A DNA stretch of 64,000 nt, from contig NC_042998.1 of assembly GCF_006345805.1 (NCBI RefSeq), positions 89,094,001 through 89,158,000 on the forward strand, given 5' to 3'. Below, piece after piece: positions 37,190 through 49,460 of the stretch. The notes under the pieces were generated by a model, which ran no database searches, was not told the origin of the DNA, and saw only the letters and a list, made by a program, of their open reading frames with translations. Source of the stretch: Octopus sinensis. Its lineage: Eukaryota. Each line of letters starts with the position of its first letter. Within the stretch, counting starts at the first letter, position 1. Both the position numbers and the translations under genes were made by a program.

Positions 37190-37499
37190 AAAAAATAAAC
37201 GGCTATGACGACTTAAAGTGAGAAATACGAAGGTTGTGGTCAATTAAGAGAGTAGACGTGATACCAATAGTAATTGGTGCACTTGGAAGTATCAGTACTC
37301 AACTACCAGCAAGGCTGAAAAAGATCGGAGCAAGTGTGAAGGTAGAACACCTACAAAAATCAACATTGCTTGAAACTGCAAGAATTCTTCGCAGGGTTCT
37401 TTCTTGAAGTATGACCAGTATACACGTGTCACTTTAATCTGCTGATTGTGGACAACTGACAGTTTCCATCATACCCAGCAAAATAAGCTGTGAGTTTTC

Positions 37500-37530
<31 letters not shown>
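37190..37530 (+). mobile_element. 3' end of R4/Dong-like LINE with (TAA)n tail
   Basis: VIPIVIGALGSIS...LQKSTLLETARILRRVL, short UTR, then (TAA)n at ~37502-37530. Confidence 0.75.
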
Positions 37531-37535
<5 letters not shown>

Positions 37536-37769
37536 GATATGGAGAAACATCAAAAATAAAAAGATTTGGAAATAGAAGTAACTCGGATGTTCGACAAACA
37601 TTCTCTTTGACATTACTCTGTGCAAAACTAAATATATGGCACCCTAGTGATAACACCAACTTGAAGTTCTTACTTGTCGTCTCTTGAGGTCTCTGGGTGA
37701 AACTTGGAGTCAACTTGTACAAATGCAAAGCAAAAGCCAAACGTATAATAATATCTAAAAAAAGAATAC

Positions 37770-38542
37770 TGAAAGCCTAATCATCGCTGCCCAGCACCAG
37801 ACGTTGAATACCAACTCAGTGAAAAAGAATATATACCACACAAGCGCATCAGACCTCTGCAGAATGTGTGGGAAGAGGGTCGAAAGAGTGACTCACATTA
37901 TTAGTACATGTGTAAGTCTTGCGCAGAAAAAGTACAGGCGTAGACACGATAAAGTAGCCCCAAATCTCCACTGGATACTATGCTGTAAGTATGGATATGA
38001 GGTTACGGGTGCTTGGTACCAAAATACACCAGAAAAGGTAATGGACGAAAAGGGGAATGCAAAAGTCCTCCAGACAAAGTGTTAGAGCACCGAAGGACGG
38101 ATATAGTAACAATTAAGAGGGAAAAACAATAGTACCTAAGAATCAACGGAGTAGTGCCAGGAGATCAATACATCATCATGAAAGAAAAAGAAAAAGTTGA
38201 TAAATATGGAGACCTGAGAATTGAGAACGCTTATTTGTGGCAGCTACGCGAGTGAACATAAATGTTATTCCTATTGTCATCAGAGCATTGGGTTCAATAC
38301 CACCCAATCTGAAAAAAAAAAAACGTCTGAAAACATTAGAAATGCCCTACAATCTAGATGTATTGCAAAAGTCGGCATTACTTGGAACTTCACGCATATT
38401 GCGTAAAGTACTGTCAGTCTGAGGTCTTTGTTATGACTTGACAAATAGTAAAAAACCTCGGTAGACACAATATCTTCAATCAACAACCCCACGATATTGT
38501 ATACTGTGCAACGTCTATAATAATAATAATAATAATAATAAT
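37770..38542 (+). mobile_element. R4/Dong-like LINE, zinc knuckle + restriction-like endonuclease region, frameshifted, (TAA)n tail
   Basis: LIIAAQ.., CRMCGKRVERVTHIISTC..YRRRHDKV, VIPIVIRALGSI..LQKSALLGTSRILRKVL*, tail 38518-38542. Confidence 0.85.
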
Positions 38543-38859
38543 CCACTGAAACGGCAAAATCCACAAAACTACCGATAACTTGTCTCCCTACAATTTACAA
38601 AGCTATTACTGTAATAATATCACAGAGAGGGCAAACACCTGGAAGAAAACAACCTGTTTTCAGAAGAGCAGAAGAGATGATGCAAGGGCTTATGCGGTTG
38701 TAAAGATCAGCTATTGATAAAAAAAGCCATAACTGAAGACAGCCGAAGGAAAAAGAAGGGTTTAAGAATGGCTTGGATCGTTTATCGAAAGGCTTTTCAT
38801 AGTATCTCCCACACACGAATCCTAGAAATACTGTTCAGGAAAAAGTAGCACCAATAATC

Positions 38860-39290
38860 ATAAAATATATAAAACATTCCATGAATAAATGGCAAACAGA
38901 TAAAAGAGAGACTCATAAAAACCGAGCCCATCCCTATTAGAAGAGGAATATTCAAGGGAGATACTCTCCCCATTCCTTTTCTTCTTGGCACTGACACCTT
39001 TATCTGACATGTTAAGCATAACTGGATGTGGATACAACTGTTACGGCAAAACAATCAATCGTCTTTTGTGTATGGATAACTTAAAACTGAATGCTGCAAA
39101 TGACAGACAGCTGGAAACTCGAAGCAGAGATTAAAGGATTTTTAATTGCAGCTCAAGATCAAAGCCTCCTCACCAGAAATCACCAAAATACATTAAGAAA
39201 AAATACAAGTAACTGCAGAATATACGGTTATGGAGAAGGAACAGTGAATAAAGACAATCCAGGCTAAGAAGAAATATATTCACAGACATT
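38860..39290 (+). pseudogene. internally deleted R4/Dong-like RT fragments
   Basis: TEPIPIRRGIFKGDTLP, ..MDNLKL.., GFLIAAQDQSL motifs. Confidence 0.6.
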
Positions 39291-40789
39291 CGATGGTTAT
39301 GAAACGGTCTTTGAACTATACAGTCATATTGCTCCGATATTAGTTATGGTTTCTTTTAGAATCCACAAATCATTGCGGCATCTGCTATTCTTCCTTCACT
39401 GAGATTGTGGTTTCAAATCTAACCGAATGAACTTTGTATTGATATCAAATTGAGAATCGAATACAATGCGTTCAGATTTATTAAAACATTACCAACGTAG
39501 TCGTACAGTAGCAGAATACTGAACGCTGGTAATTTTTGGAAAGGGTTCCTCATTTTTACGACGCCGAAAGGATGGAAGGCAATGTTGACCTCGGCGGAAT
39601 TTGAACTCAGACTGTTATGACAGACGATATATCATTGAGTATTTTCCCTGGTATGCTAACGATTGAGCCAGCTCAAGATCAACAATTTTGGGAGAGGGAG
39701 TAAGTTGATTATATCGATCCAATTGTTCAACTGGTACTTATTTCATCGACTTCGGAAGAATGAAAGGCAAAATTGACTTCGGCAGAGTTTGAACTTAGAA
39801 CTTAAAAACTCGACCAGCTCGTCGCCTTATACAGTAGCAAAATATTAGAGACGAATTATACTTCGATTTCGTCTCACGGTTAATATTGTTTACTTCTTGA
39901 AGTAAAATGAAGATAATAGCTAATATCCCAAGGTAGAAATAACGAGTATATAACAAGGAATATTGCTTCCAGAGATGTTTCCTAAAGTTGTACCTTCACT
40001 ACTACCTACGTGGGTGTTTGTATGCACCAAACGAATTAAACCTAAAAGACAGATTCAAAAGAAACTATACATTCCATAGCTTTCTATAAACTTCCAACCA
40101 GCTTACAGTTTTCAAAGTAACCATGGAATTTCCACATATATCATATGTATGCACGTATGTGTACGTGTGTGTAGTTGGATTGTATTTCGTGACAGTTATT
40201 TTAGGAATGAAATGGAATCTATTTAGAACATAATTAGTAATGGCATGACGTCATATCTGTAGACTTTAAACACAGTGTCTTGTGATAGCAATAAAATTAA
40301 ACTTTATAAAGGTTTGTTGATTGTTAAAAAATCGCTCTCTCCCCTCTCTCTCTCTCTCTCTACTTTCATTCACAAGAGAAACATTTCAAAAAGTACGATT
40401 TTAAGATTTTAACAGCGGGGGATTTCTACTAGAGATTGTTTCCAGTATTAAGTACCGCCTTCGTCGGTGCCGTTGTCCTCATCGTCATCCTCATCGTCAT
40501 CATAATCATTACCACCATCATCATCATTATCATCATATCCTCCGCCTGATAGCGCATGGCTATGAAACTGAAAGGACACGCTACAGACAACAGTGCCATT
40601 TTTTGTGAAGAATTTATTTTGGTGGATCAAATGAAGTACTGTGTTCTGACTGTGCTATGAATGTTTCAAGAACAATGACAGACTTCTTTCGTCGTGGGAC
40701 TTCTGTATTTGCCATTGAAAGAGTATTAACAGTTAAAACACAGCGACCCAAAACCACAATATCGCAATCATCTAGAAGAGAAAAACAGC

Positions 40790-40849
<60 letters not shown>

Positions 40850-41950
40850 GCATGCACAGACATGTATATAAATAGATGATAGATACATACGTAATATACA
40901 TACATGTATATGCATGTGCACACACTCAGACACACACATACACATACACACGCACACACGTACCTATGCAAAAAGTAGACATTTTTAATTCTTGTACTTT
41001 TGTAAAACCGGTCGTTTTAATAAAGATGTATCTAATTAATTTTAATGAATGGTTGCCGTTTGATATGAAATTTATAAAGAAAAAGATGGTAGTTTTGACG
41101 TGATTGTTATACGTTTCCTGAATATATAAAACATTTTAAATTAAATTCAAATTTAATATTTGAGCTTCATCATTGATCTTGAGCTATTAAAAGAGTTCTA
41201 TACATGGAATATAGGGTGGAGGGATTGGCCATGTATGGTACTCTTTCCAACATTGTCTTTGTATATAAGATATCTAATTAGAATTGTCCGGCAACAATGA
41301 ACTCTTGAATATTACATGTGAAATATGCTGAAAAGAAGACAGCATCGTGGAGATCATTCTTCTCTAGATTATGAATATCGGCCAGAAAAAGCTGGTACGA
41401 GAATGATACATTAGTTCATCAGGAGAAGAGCTTCTATTCGAATGATTCCCATTACTGGGAACTGAGCAGCACTTAACAGGCTTTATACATACATATATAC
41501 ACGCATAAGAGTCTACGACGGAGCCTCTATGTATTCGCTTATCTCACTCTTTGCAGGTCAGTTATTGCTATAATTCAGTGGTTCTGGTACTTTTATAACC
41601 AAGCGACTTCTTTCACGGAATGTTTTACAAATGATCCTTTCCCATGTTTTATAAAATTAAAAGTGGAAGGAAAAAATCTCAGATTATTTTAACCCAACAG
41701 AAGCTAATTTTTCACAGTCGTTTGTTACTTTTCCTCACAGTATTCCGTTCTTTAAGTGTTTCTTTTATTTTTGCATAGATTAGTTCTTGCTATAATATAT
41801 TCCTACGAAAATTATTAAGAATGGCGGATTTTATATAAAGAAATGATAATGAACTTTAGTGTAGCATCAGTCATGTTTCTGTTCACTGATCACACAATGT
41901 TCTATTCATTTTAATCACGAGAAAGACATTTTGATAAAGTGTTTAGTATA

Positions 41951-42823
41951 TGAGTTCTGATCAATAAGTATCCGGACTATTGCCATAGTAACGAAGCTAA
42001 AGTACGCAAAGTGAAGCCTCTTGGCAAAGATTGACCTTAAACGCATGTGCATGCGCATTGTTTTAACGTTCTAGCTCACTTCCGCTGTTTATAGCAATGT
42101 TTCGATGGAATGTGTGTAGCGTGTGATCGTCGCATTGACCATGACAGAGAAAGTTGTCATGGCGATACTTGCTCAGAGGCCTACGCAACGTTGCAGAAAG
42201 TGTATGGAGAGGAGTGTATGTGCCGCACACAAGTGTTCGGGTGGTTCAGACGTTTCCAAGATGGTCGAAAAAACGTTGATTTTGACGAACATTCTGGGAG
42301 ACCCGCAACCAGCAGAACTGAGAAAAATACCGCAAATGTGCGTGCAGCTGTAAGGGGAATCATCCGTGAAGTATCAGAGGATGTGCAGATTAGTTACGGT
42401 TCAGTTCAATTCATTATCACTGAAGATTTGGGTACGAGACGCGAGTCTGCCAAGTTTGTGCCAAGACTGCTTTTAGCTGATCAAAAAGATACTAAGATTT
42501 CAGTTGCACAAGATCTCTTTGATTATGTCGAGAATGAGGAAATCTTTTGAAAAATTTGCGTACGCCTCTGAGCAGGTATTGCCAAGGTTTTGGCGAAATT
42601 TGATGCAGATTCTCTGCCTAACTTTCTCTATCATGGTCAATGCAACGATCACACACTACACACGTTCCTTCCAAGCACTGCTGTAAACAGCGAAAGTGAG
42701 CTAGAACGTTAACACAGAGTACGTATGCACAAGAGAGTTAAAGGTCTATCTGTGCAAAACGGCTTTACTCTGATTTAGCTTTGTTATTATAGTAGCAGTC
42801 CGATATTTATTGATCAGACCACG
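41951..42823. mobile_element. mariner-derived foldback element (two 5' ends) with TA TSD
   Basis: TA-TGAGTTCTGATCAATAAG ... TTATTGATCAGACCACG-TA. ORF 42110-42550 = transposase N-terminal HTH (VFGWFRRFQDG...SGRP...AKFVPRLL). Inverted homology extends to ~42200 and ~42545. Confidence 0.85.
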
Positions 42824-43124
42824 TATATAAGTATTGTACTTGATTTAAATATTTTTAATTCTAAGAAAATTGACAATCTCTAAACATCCAGAACCCCCAT
42901 AGCACCCCCTTGAGAGAGAGTGTGTGCTACAGTGAGACAGTGAGAAAAAGAGGGAGAGAGAGAGCGTGAGGGAGAGAGAGAGCGTGAGGGAGAGAGAGAG
43001 CGTGAGGGAGAGAGAGTCAGAGAGAGTGAGAAAGTGAGTGTTCAGGTTAACCAAATATTCAGTCGGTGGTTTTACAATAATTGAGAGTTACATGTGTTGT
43101 ATGTATTTGGATATCTTTTATCTT

Positions 43125-43520
43125 TAACTTGTTTCAGTACTTAACTGAGGCCATGCTGGAGCACCACCCTGGAGAGTTTCTAGTCGAACGAATCGGCTCC
43201 AGTACTTTTTTAAGCCCGGTGCTAATTCTATCAATTTCTTTTGTCGAACCGCTAAGTTACGAGGACGTAAACAAACCAACTCCGGTTGTGAAGCGCTGGT
43301 GTTCGACAAAACATAGACACAATGACACACACTTATAGATATATAATGACACATATATACGACGGGCTTCTTACACTTTCCGTCTATAAAATCCACTCAC
43401 AAGTCTTTGGCCGGCCCGAAGCTAAAGTAGAAGACATTTGTTTAAGGTGCCATACAGAGGAATTGAATCCGGAATCATGTAGTTTGGAAGCAAACTTCGT
43501 GCCTCACAGCCAGACTAGCG
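43125..43520 (-). mobile_element. SINE family A
   Basis: Colinear with family A consensus, diverged head. Confidence 0.85.
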
Positions 43521-44639
43521 CACGAATTATCGCTGGCACTCTTACATTTCTAAATAATTTTTATCATGTTCATAAAAACTTAATATATGCACAAGTATCG
43601 TAATTTAACAATTATTATATCTTGCCTTCATATAAGCAACCGGGAACCTTACTGTTTAGCATGTAATTTTCATCGATAAAATGTATGTAAAAACACCATA
43701 GGTATGTGCTTAAGCAACATATTACTTTCGGTCTTTAGTGTGCAGCACCTTGGGTATGTAACTTTACCGTATATTTGGATTGGCCATTGCCTTGTGAATT
43801 AAATGGGTGTATATTGAGCAGAAGCCTGTCGTGCGCGCACATACATGTAAGTATGTATGTATATACATACATGTGTGGGTGTGTGTAAGTGCGTGTGTAT
43901 GTGTGTATATGTATCAGCGAGTGAACTAAAAAAATTGATGGTCTTCGAGCGAGTCGTTTACCATATTTCTTCCTCGCCGAGTTACAGACACCCGCTTGTT
44001 GTCAGAAAGGCAGTGAACCAAAGATTGCCCCACAGGCAAATGTGTAACCAAAGAATGCATTGTTCACTAAAATACCAAATAAAATAAATAAATAAACAAA
44101 TAAAGCTCAAAATATTAGATTACTTATCTCATGAATTCATATTACCCTATTAATACCTTATCTATAAAAATTGTGACGTCCGGTCACCAATGTATTCTAT
44201 GCTTGTAGCAGTAAGGTTCAGCAAATAATAGTGATAAAACATCAATTAACATTATCATTACAATACTCTATATTTCAAGATGAGAGCAACAGAAAGTTTA
44301 CTGTTTCCCAGGATTCCTTTCTTCCCTAACTGCAGTTAATAATTCGTTGACATTTAAGATTGATTTGTTATAAACTCGTATTTAGCGTTAGATGAAAATT
44401 GACAAGGAGATTATTGTTAACATATTTAGAGATTTAACGCAGGGATCACTAAAAAGCGAAATTAGAAATAACGGTTTCTAATTTAGGCAAAAGTCTAACA
44501 ATTTCGTGGAGTGGTTTAGTTATTAACGTCAAATCCAGAATTTGAGTGGCTTGAATTTATTTTATCAAGGCATTTTTTCCCGACACTCATACGGTTTTGC
44601 TTGCTCACTGCATTTAAATTAATAGTCTAAATGAGACCC

Positions 44640-45995
44640 AAGGTCAGCAATTCTGAGTTAAGAGATTAGTCGACATATTCGACGCCAGTACTTGACCGGT
44701 TCTTCATTTTATTTACCACCGAAAGGATGAAAGGCAAAGCTGACCTCGGCAGGATTTGAACCCAGAAAATAAAGAATGGAAGGAATCTCGCAAGGCAGTT
44801 TCTCCGACGTGCTAACGATTCTACCAAGTTACAACCCTCGTTAAACTACAAATTTTAATAATGAAATATTAGCCAATAATTTTAATATGGAAGGAAACTG
44901 AAATCAGTTTTTTTGCTTTTACTGTGACCTCATCAGCAAATTATAATCATTAACTTAGGGAAGAGGGACGGGACTAAGTAAATATAGAACAGTCTACATT
45001 GATTGGTGTAGATAAATAGAATTATTTATATGAGTATTGCAGGGACACCATTCACATGAAAAACGATAGTTTTTGATGACATTCAGTGAAAGGGGTGTTA
45101 AAGGCTAACTAGAAATTTCGTTTCTAAAATAGGCAAAGGGCCTGTCATTTTGAGGCTAATCGAAGGGAGTTAATCGATTACAACGATCCAGCCCCTGGCT
45201 TTATTTCTTCGACTTCCAAAAGATAAAGCAAAGTTGTTCTCGGCAGAATCTGAATTTATATACCATAAAGAACTTCGTCCGTCGCATTAAAGATGCTATC
45301 AATCCACTATAATCAACGATTGAAAATAATAAAATTAAATAGAAAATATCGAACAGAGGATATTGTCGTTTTAGGCAGAGACTAACGAACCTACAAAAGA
45401 ATGAATTTTCTGAAGTTTGTTTTCTTAATGTATAGGGTATGTACATGAATAGAACTGGATTCAATTTAGAACTGAAATCACTAATTCTATTACTGTTACA
45501 TCATGTTCTATGTCGCTTACTAAACCCGAAAAGAAAATATTGACATTACGTATATGCTAAGGCAGCGAGATGGCAGAATCGTTAGCACGTCGGGCTAAAT
45601 GTTTAGCGGGATTTCTTCCAGTTTTACGGTTTGAGATCAAATTCCACCGAGGTCAGCTTTACTTTCCATCTTTCGAGGACGATAACATAAGTACCAGTTG
45701 AGCACTGTGGTTGACGCAACCGACTAGCTCGCTCCTACAAAATTTCCGACCTTGTGCATATAGTAGAAAAGTTTACGACATCATATGCTCCAAACCATGA
45801 GATCCTGGCCAAATCATAACATCCTGCTCTTAATGTTCTAAAGAAAAGCTAAGATCACATCAAATTCGGCCGAGGTCTACTTTGCCTTTCATCCTTTCGG
45901 GGTCGATAAATTAAGTACCAATTGAGTACTGGGGTCGATGTAATCGACTACCCACTCCCACAAATTTTAGGCCTTGCGCCTATAGTTGAAAGGAT
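44640..45995. mobile_element. cluster of SINE family B copies (44640-44830 -, 45130-45300 - degraded, 45560-45770 +, 45860-45995 +)
   Basis: Central-domain motif in each. Confidence 0.75.
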
Positions 45996-46901
45996 ATTGC
46001 TAATGACTATAAAAAATTTGTTAGTTTTACTGTTTATGCTGTGTGTGAATGTCTGATATGTGGAACTGAAGGCGATGTCTTCGCAACAGCTGTTGCAGTT
46101 GTCTGGAAGATATTTGTATGTGCATGTGAGCGAGTGAATGTATGTGCGCGCGCGCGTGTTGGAGTGACCTATGATGTAAAGGGAGTTCAGTTAAGATGTT
46201 GTACTGCTCCCGCTTTTGTTATCAGTATTGTTTGAAAACCAAGACACTGTGAAGGCATTAAGATTTTCCCCAACGATGCTGCTTGTGAGAGTGTTAAGGT
46301 GTTGTAGTTTGGGCGTGTAGAAACTGGTAGAACAATCGTGGTTGTTGTTCGACTTCGATATCATGAACTTGCTAATAATTATGTTGACTTTGAAAGCATT
46401 CCTTTTGAAAGCGAGCAATGAGAAGATATACCTTTAGCTACGAGAATAATACAGTGTGTATATTATTACAATGAAGAGAATGTGAAAGAAAAGAAAACCC
46501 CCAAAAAACAAATGCTTGAGAATCGAGTTTTGTTTGAATAAGTGATGTATATTGCTTCTGAGAAAAAAAAATAACAGTTAGATATAGGATAATAAACACA
46601 TTAAGGAGGGACTATAACGCTCGTTATCTATACGTATGTGTACGTATCTGCGCACGCACCTATGCAGCGAGTATGTCACTATAGGTGTCATGGAATATTT
46701 ATGACCTAGAGTACCCGAGTGAAAAAATATACCCGCGAACTTTGATCTATCTATTTATCTATCAATCTATATATCTTTCAAACACACACACATTTCTTCC
46801 AATAATATATACACTCATATTTTAAATATGCATTTACACATACACACACTTACATCTATTTGTATATATAACAAGAATGATATACACATACATATATTCA
46901 A

Positions 46902-46973
<72 letters not shown>

Positions 46974-49224
46974 TATGAGTACACATACATGCACACACAC
47001 ACATATATATTATATATATGTATATGTGTGCATATACATGTAGGTGCGCATGTCTGTGTTCCATTTTTTTCATTGGTGTCCCTTAGTGAATAAATATAAA
47101 AGTGAACTTTGATCTGAAAACCATTTATATATTCGAGGGATGAATTGCCGAGATTATTAGCGTTCTATTATTGTTCGAAATGTTGTATTAAGGTGATAAA
47201 AAGTAAATATTTGCATTCCCATCTAAATACCCCTTAGTAAACAAAGTAGGTAATTAGAACTTGAATTGATCCCATTTACTGTTTTCTCCTCCCATTTAAT
47301 AGTAATGCAAACTATTTCGAAGGTGTACAACAGTATATTATAAAAAAGAAAAAAATATTCTGAACTTTACCTTTTTTTTAAAACATCAGGAATTGTAAAT
47401 ATTTAGCAAGTAAGGATAATTAAGGAAATTGTATATATATCATTAATAGATTTATTGACGCTTTCTTTAGGGCGGTGAACTTGCAGGAATTACAGCACCA
47501 GAAAATATAAGTCGCATATACTCTGTTAATGTTGAGAGTTTAGATCCCACAGAGGCCAAACTTTCATATTTATTCTTTCATACTATCGAATAAGCATCAC
47601 GCAAATAACAGAGGCAATAATATAGACACTCCTTAAAGTTGCTGGCCTTGGCCCAAAATTAGGAACCCTTAGTACTTCCTTTGGATTAGCATTAGTATCT
47701 GCGTGTCTTTAAAGAGTTCAAATCACTCTGCGTTCAAATTTACTTTTCATTCAGCCAAGTACTGGGTCGATATAATCGACTAGCTTCTATCCCCGAATTA
47801 AGTGACATCGTACCTATGTCGGAAAATCTGAATAAATTATATTATTTCTAACAGACACAAACCAGAAATTTTGATGAAAGGAGATTAATTGATTGAATCG
47901 ACTCTAGTAATTGACTCGTACTTTATCAAGACCGAAGTTGGGTCTCAGGGTATTGAAAGATTTAAAGAAAATACATATGTACTTAGGAATACATTATTCA
48001 GTAATTCAGTTTTGCAAGCTAGTGGAAAATTTGGTTGCTCTTAATAGCAGAAAGAGTGACTATGCAGAGGCTTCCTTGTTGGCTCAAACAACTGATGGGG
48101 GTTCATTCATGTCAGTCTTACATATATGACTTACTAAACAAAGAAAATCACCATCGTTAATCTTTAAAGCTTTACCGAACCGTTTACAAAGCTCAAATAA
48201 AACCCAGTATTGCTGGGTTTTATTTGAGTACTTGTACACCTTTTTGGATAACGTTGCTACACACGCAAACACCATAGTTCGAATTTAAGCTAAAAGAAAC
48301 TCAATAAGATTGACAAATTTTCACGCACCGACACACTATTAACAATAACTGACACAGGTTCATCATTTATGCTGTCTTCCTTCTGTATGGCAACTACAAC
48401 ATTCTCCTCTGAAATAGCTATCTGAAAGCTCCTTCTGCTCAGACCTACTGACACCCTTTATTTTATCTCTTTTATTAGATATCACATTCCGAATGTTTTG
48501 CATCATATTTCCTTTCATGGAGCAGCATTCTCTCGACCACTTGTTTTCAAGCCACCATCGATCTGTGTTTATACTGAAACTGGATAACAAGCACTCTGAT
48601 TTCTCCAAAGTGGGAGAATCCTCAAAAGTAGTGGGCACTATCCCTACTATATTGTCTAGTCTAACCTTATCTTTACCCTTCCCCGTAATATCTATCTGTA
48701 TGTCTATCTGTACTTACATATGTGCCTGTGTGCATATGTGCATGAATGTATATATACACACACGTCCATCCATACATATATATAACGTATGCTCGGTTAG
48801 CGAAAAAAATTCATCTTTTAATGTATTTCTCTGATCCAAGTATGATTTTTCTTAAGATTCGATCTTTGCATTTAGAGTGCATCTGTACGTAGTACTAAGT
48901 CTGGTATAGTGGGGGAGAGAAAGATTAGAAGAGTTTTCTCTTTTGTGCACTGCGAGTTGGATGCAAAGCGGACAACAGGCACGGAGACTTTAACCGAAGG
49001 AGTGCAGCTAACAGAGCCATCATGTTTGAGCAGCGGTGTATAGCGTGATATAAAAGTAGTAGTAATTTCTTAGCATGAAATAAAAAGAAAATTCAACTGT
49101 AGGTTGGGAGGTGAGGCAGTTTGTTGACTGCAGTGCATGGATGTATCGTTTGCCTTCATCATACACGAATATATGTATGAATGTAATCATATGTACATGA
49201 AGAGATATTTAACTAATCAGAGAA

Positions 49225-49460
49225 ATCAACGTGAAAGTGACTGAGCACTTCACAGACACGCTTAGAATTGATGTAGTTCTTACTGTGATACAGAATGGGA
49301 CAAGGCTGGCCCTTTGAAATAAAGGTACTACTCATTTTTGCCAACTGAGTGGACTGGAGCAACGTGAAATAAAGTGTCTTGCTCAATGATGCAACGCGGC
49401 GCTGGGAATTGAACTCAAGACCTTACGATCGTGAGCTGAATATCCTATCCACTTAGCCAG
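49225..49460 (-). mobile_element. tRNA-derived SINE, family C (CORE-like)
   Basis: Homologous to 54948-55250; minus strand TTGAGCAAGACACTTTATTTCACGTTGCTCCAGTCCACTCAG. Confidence 0.8.

Noticed and set aside
40448-40630. Acidic D-rich minus-strand ORF
   Set aside because: Arises from a (GAT)n-like repeat; no splice or homology support.
48363-48638. 91-aa minus-strand ORF
   Set aside because: GTG start, no recognisable motif or splice context; possibly old TE debris.
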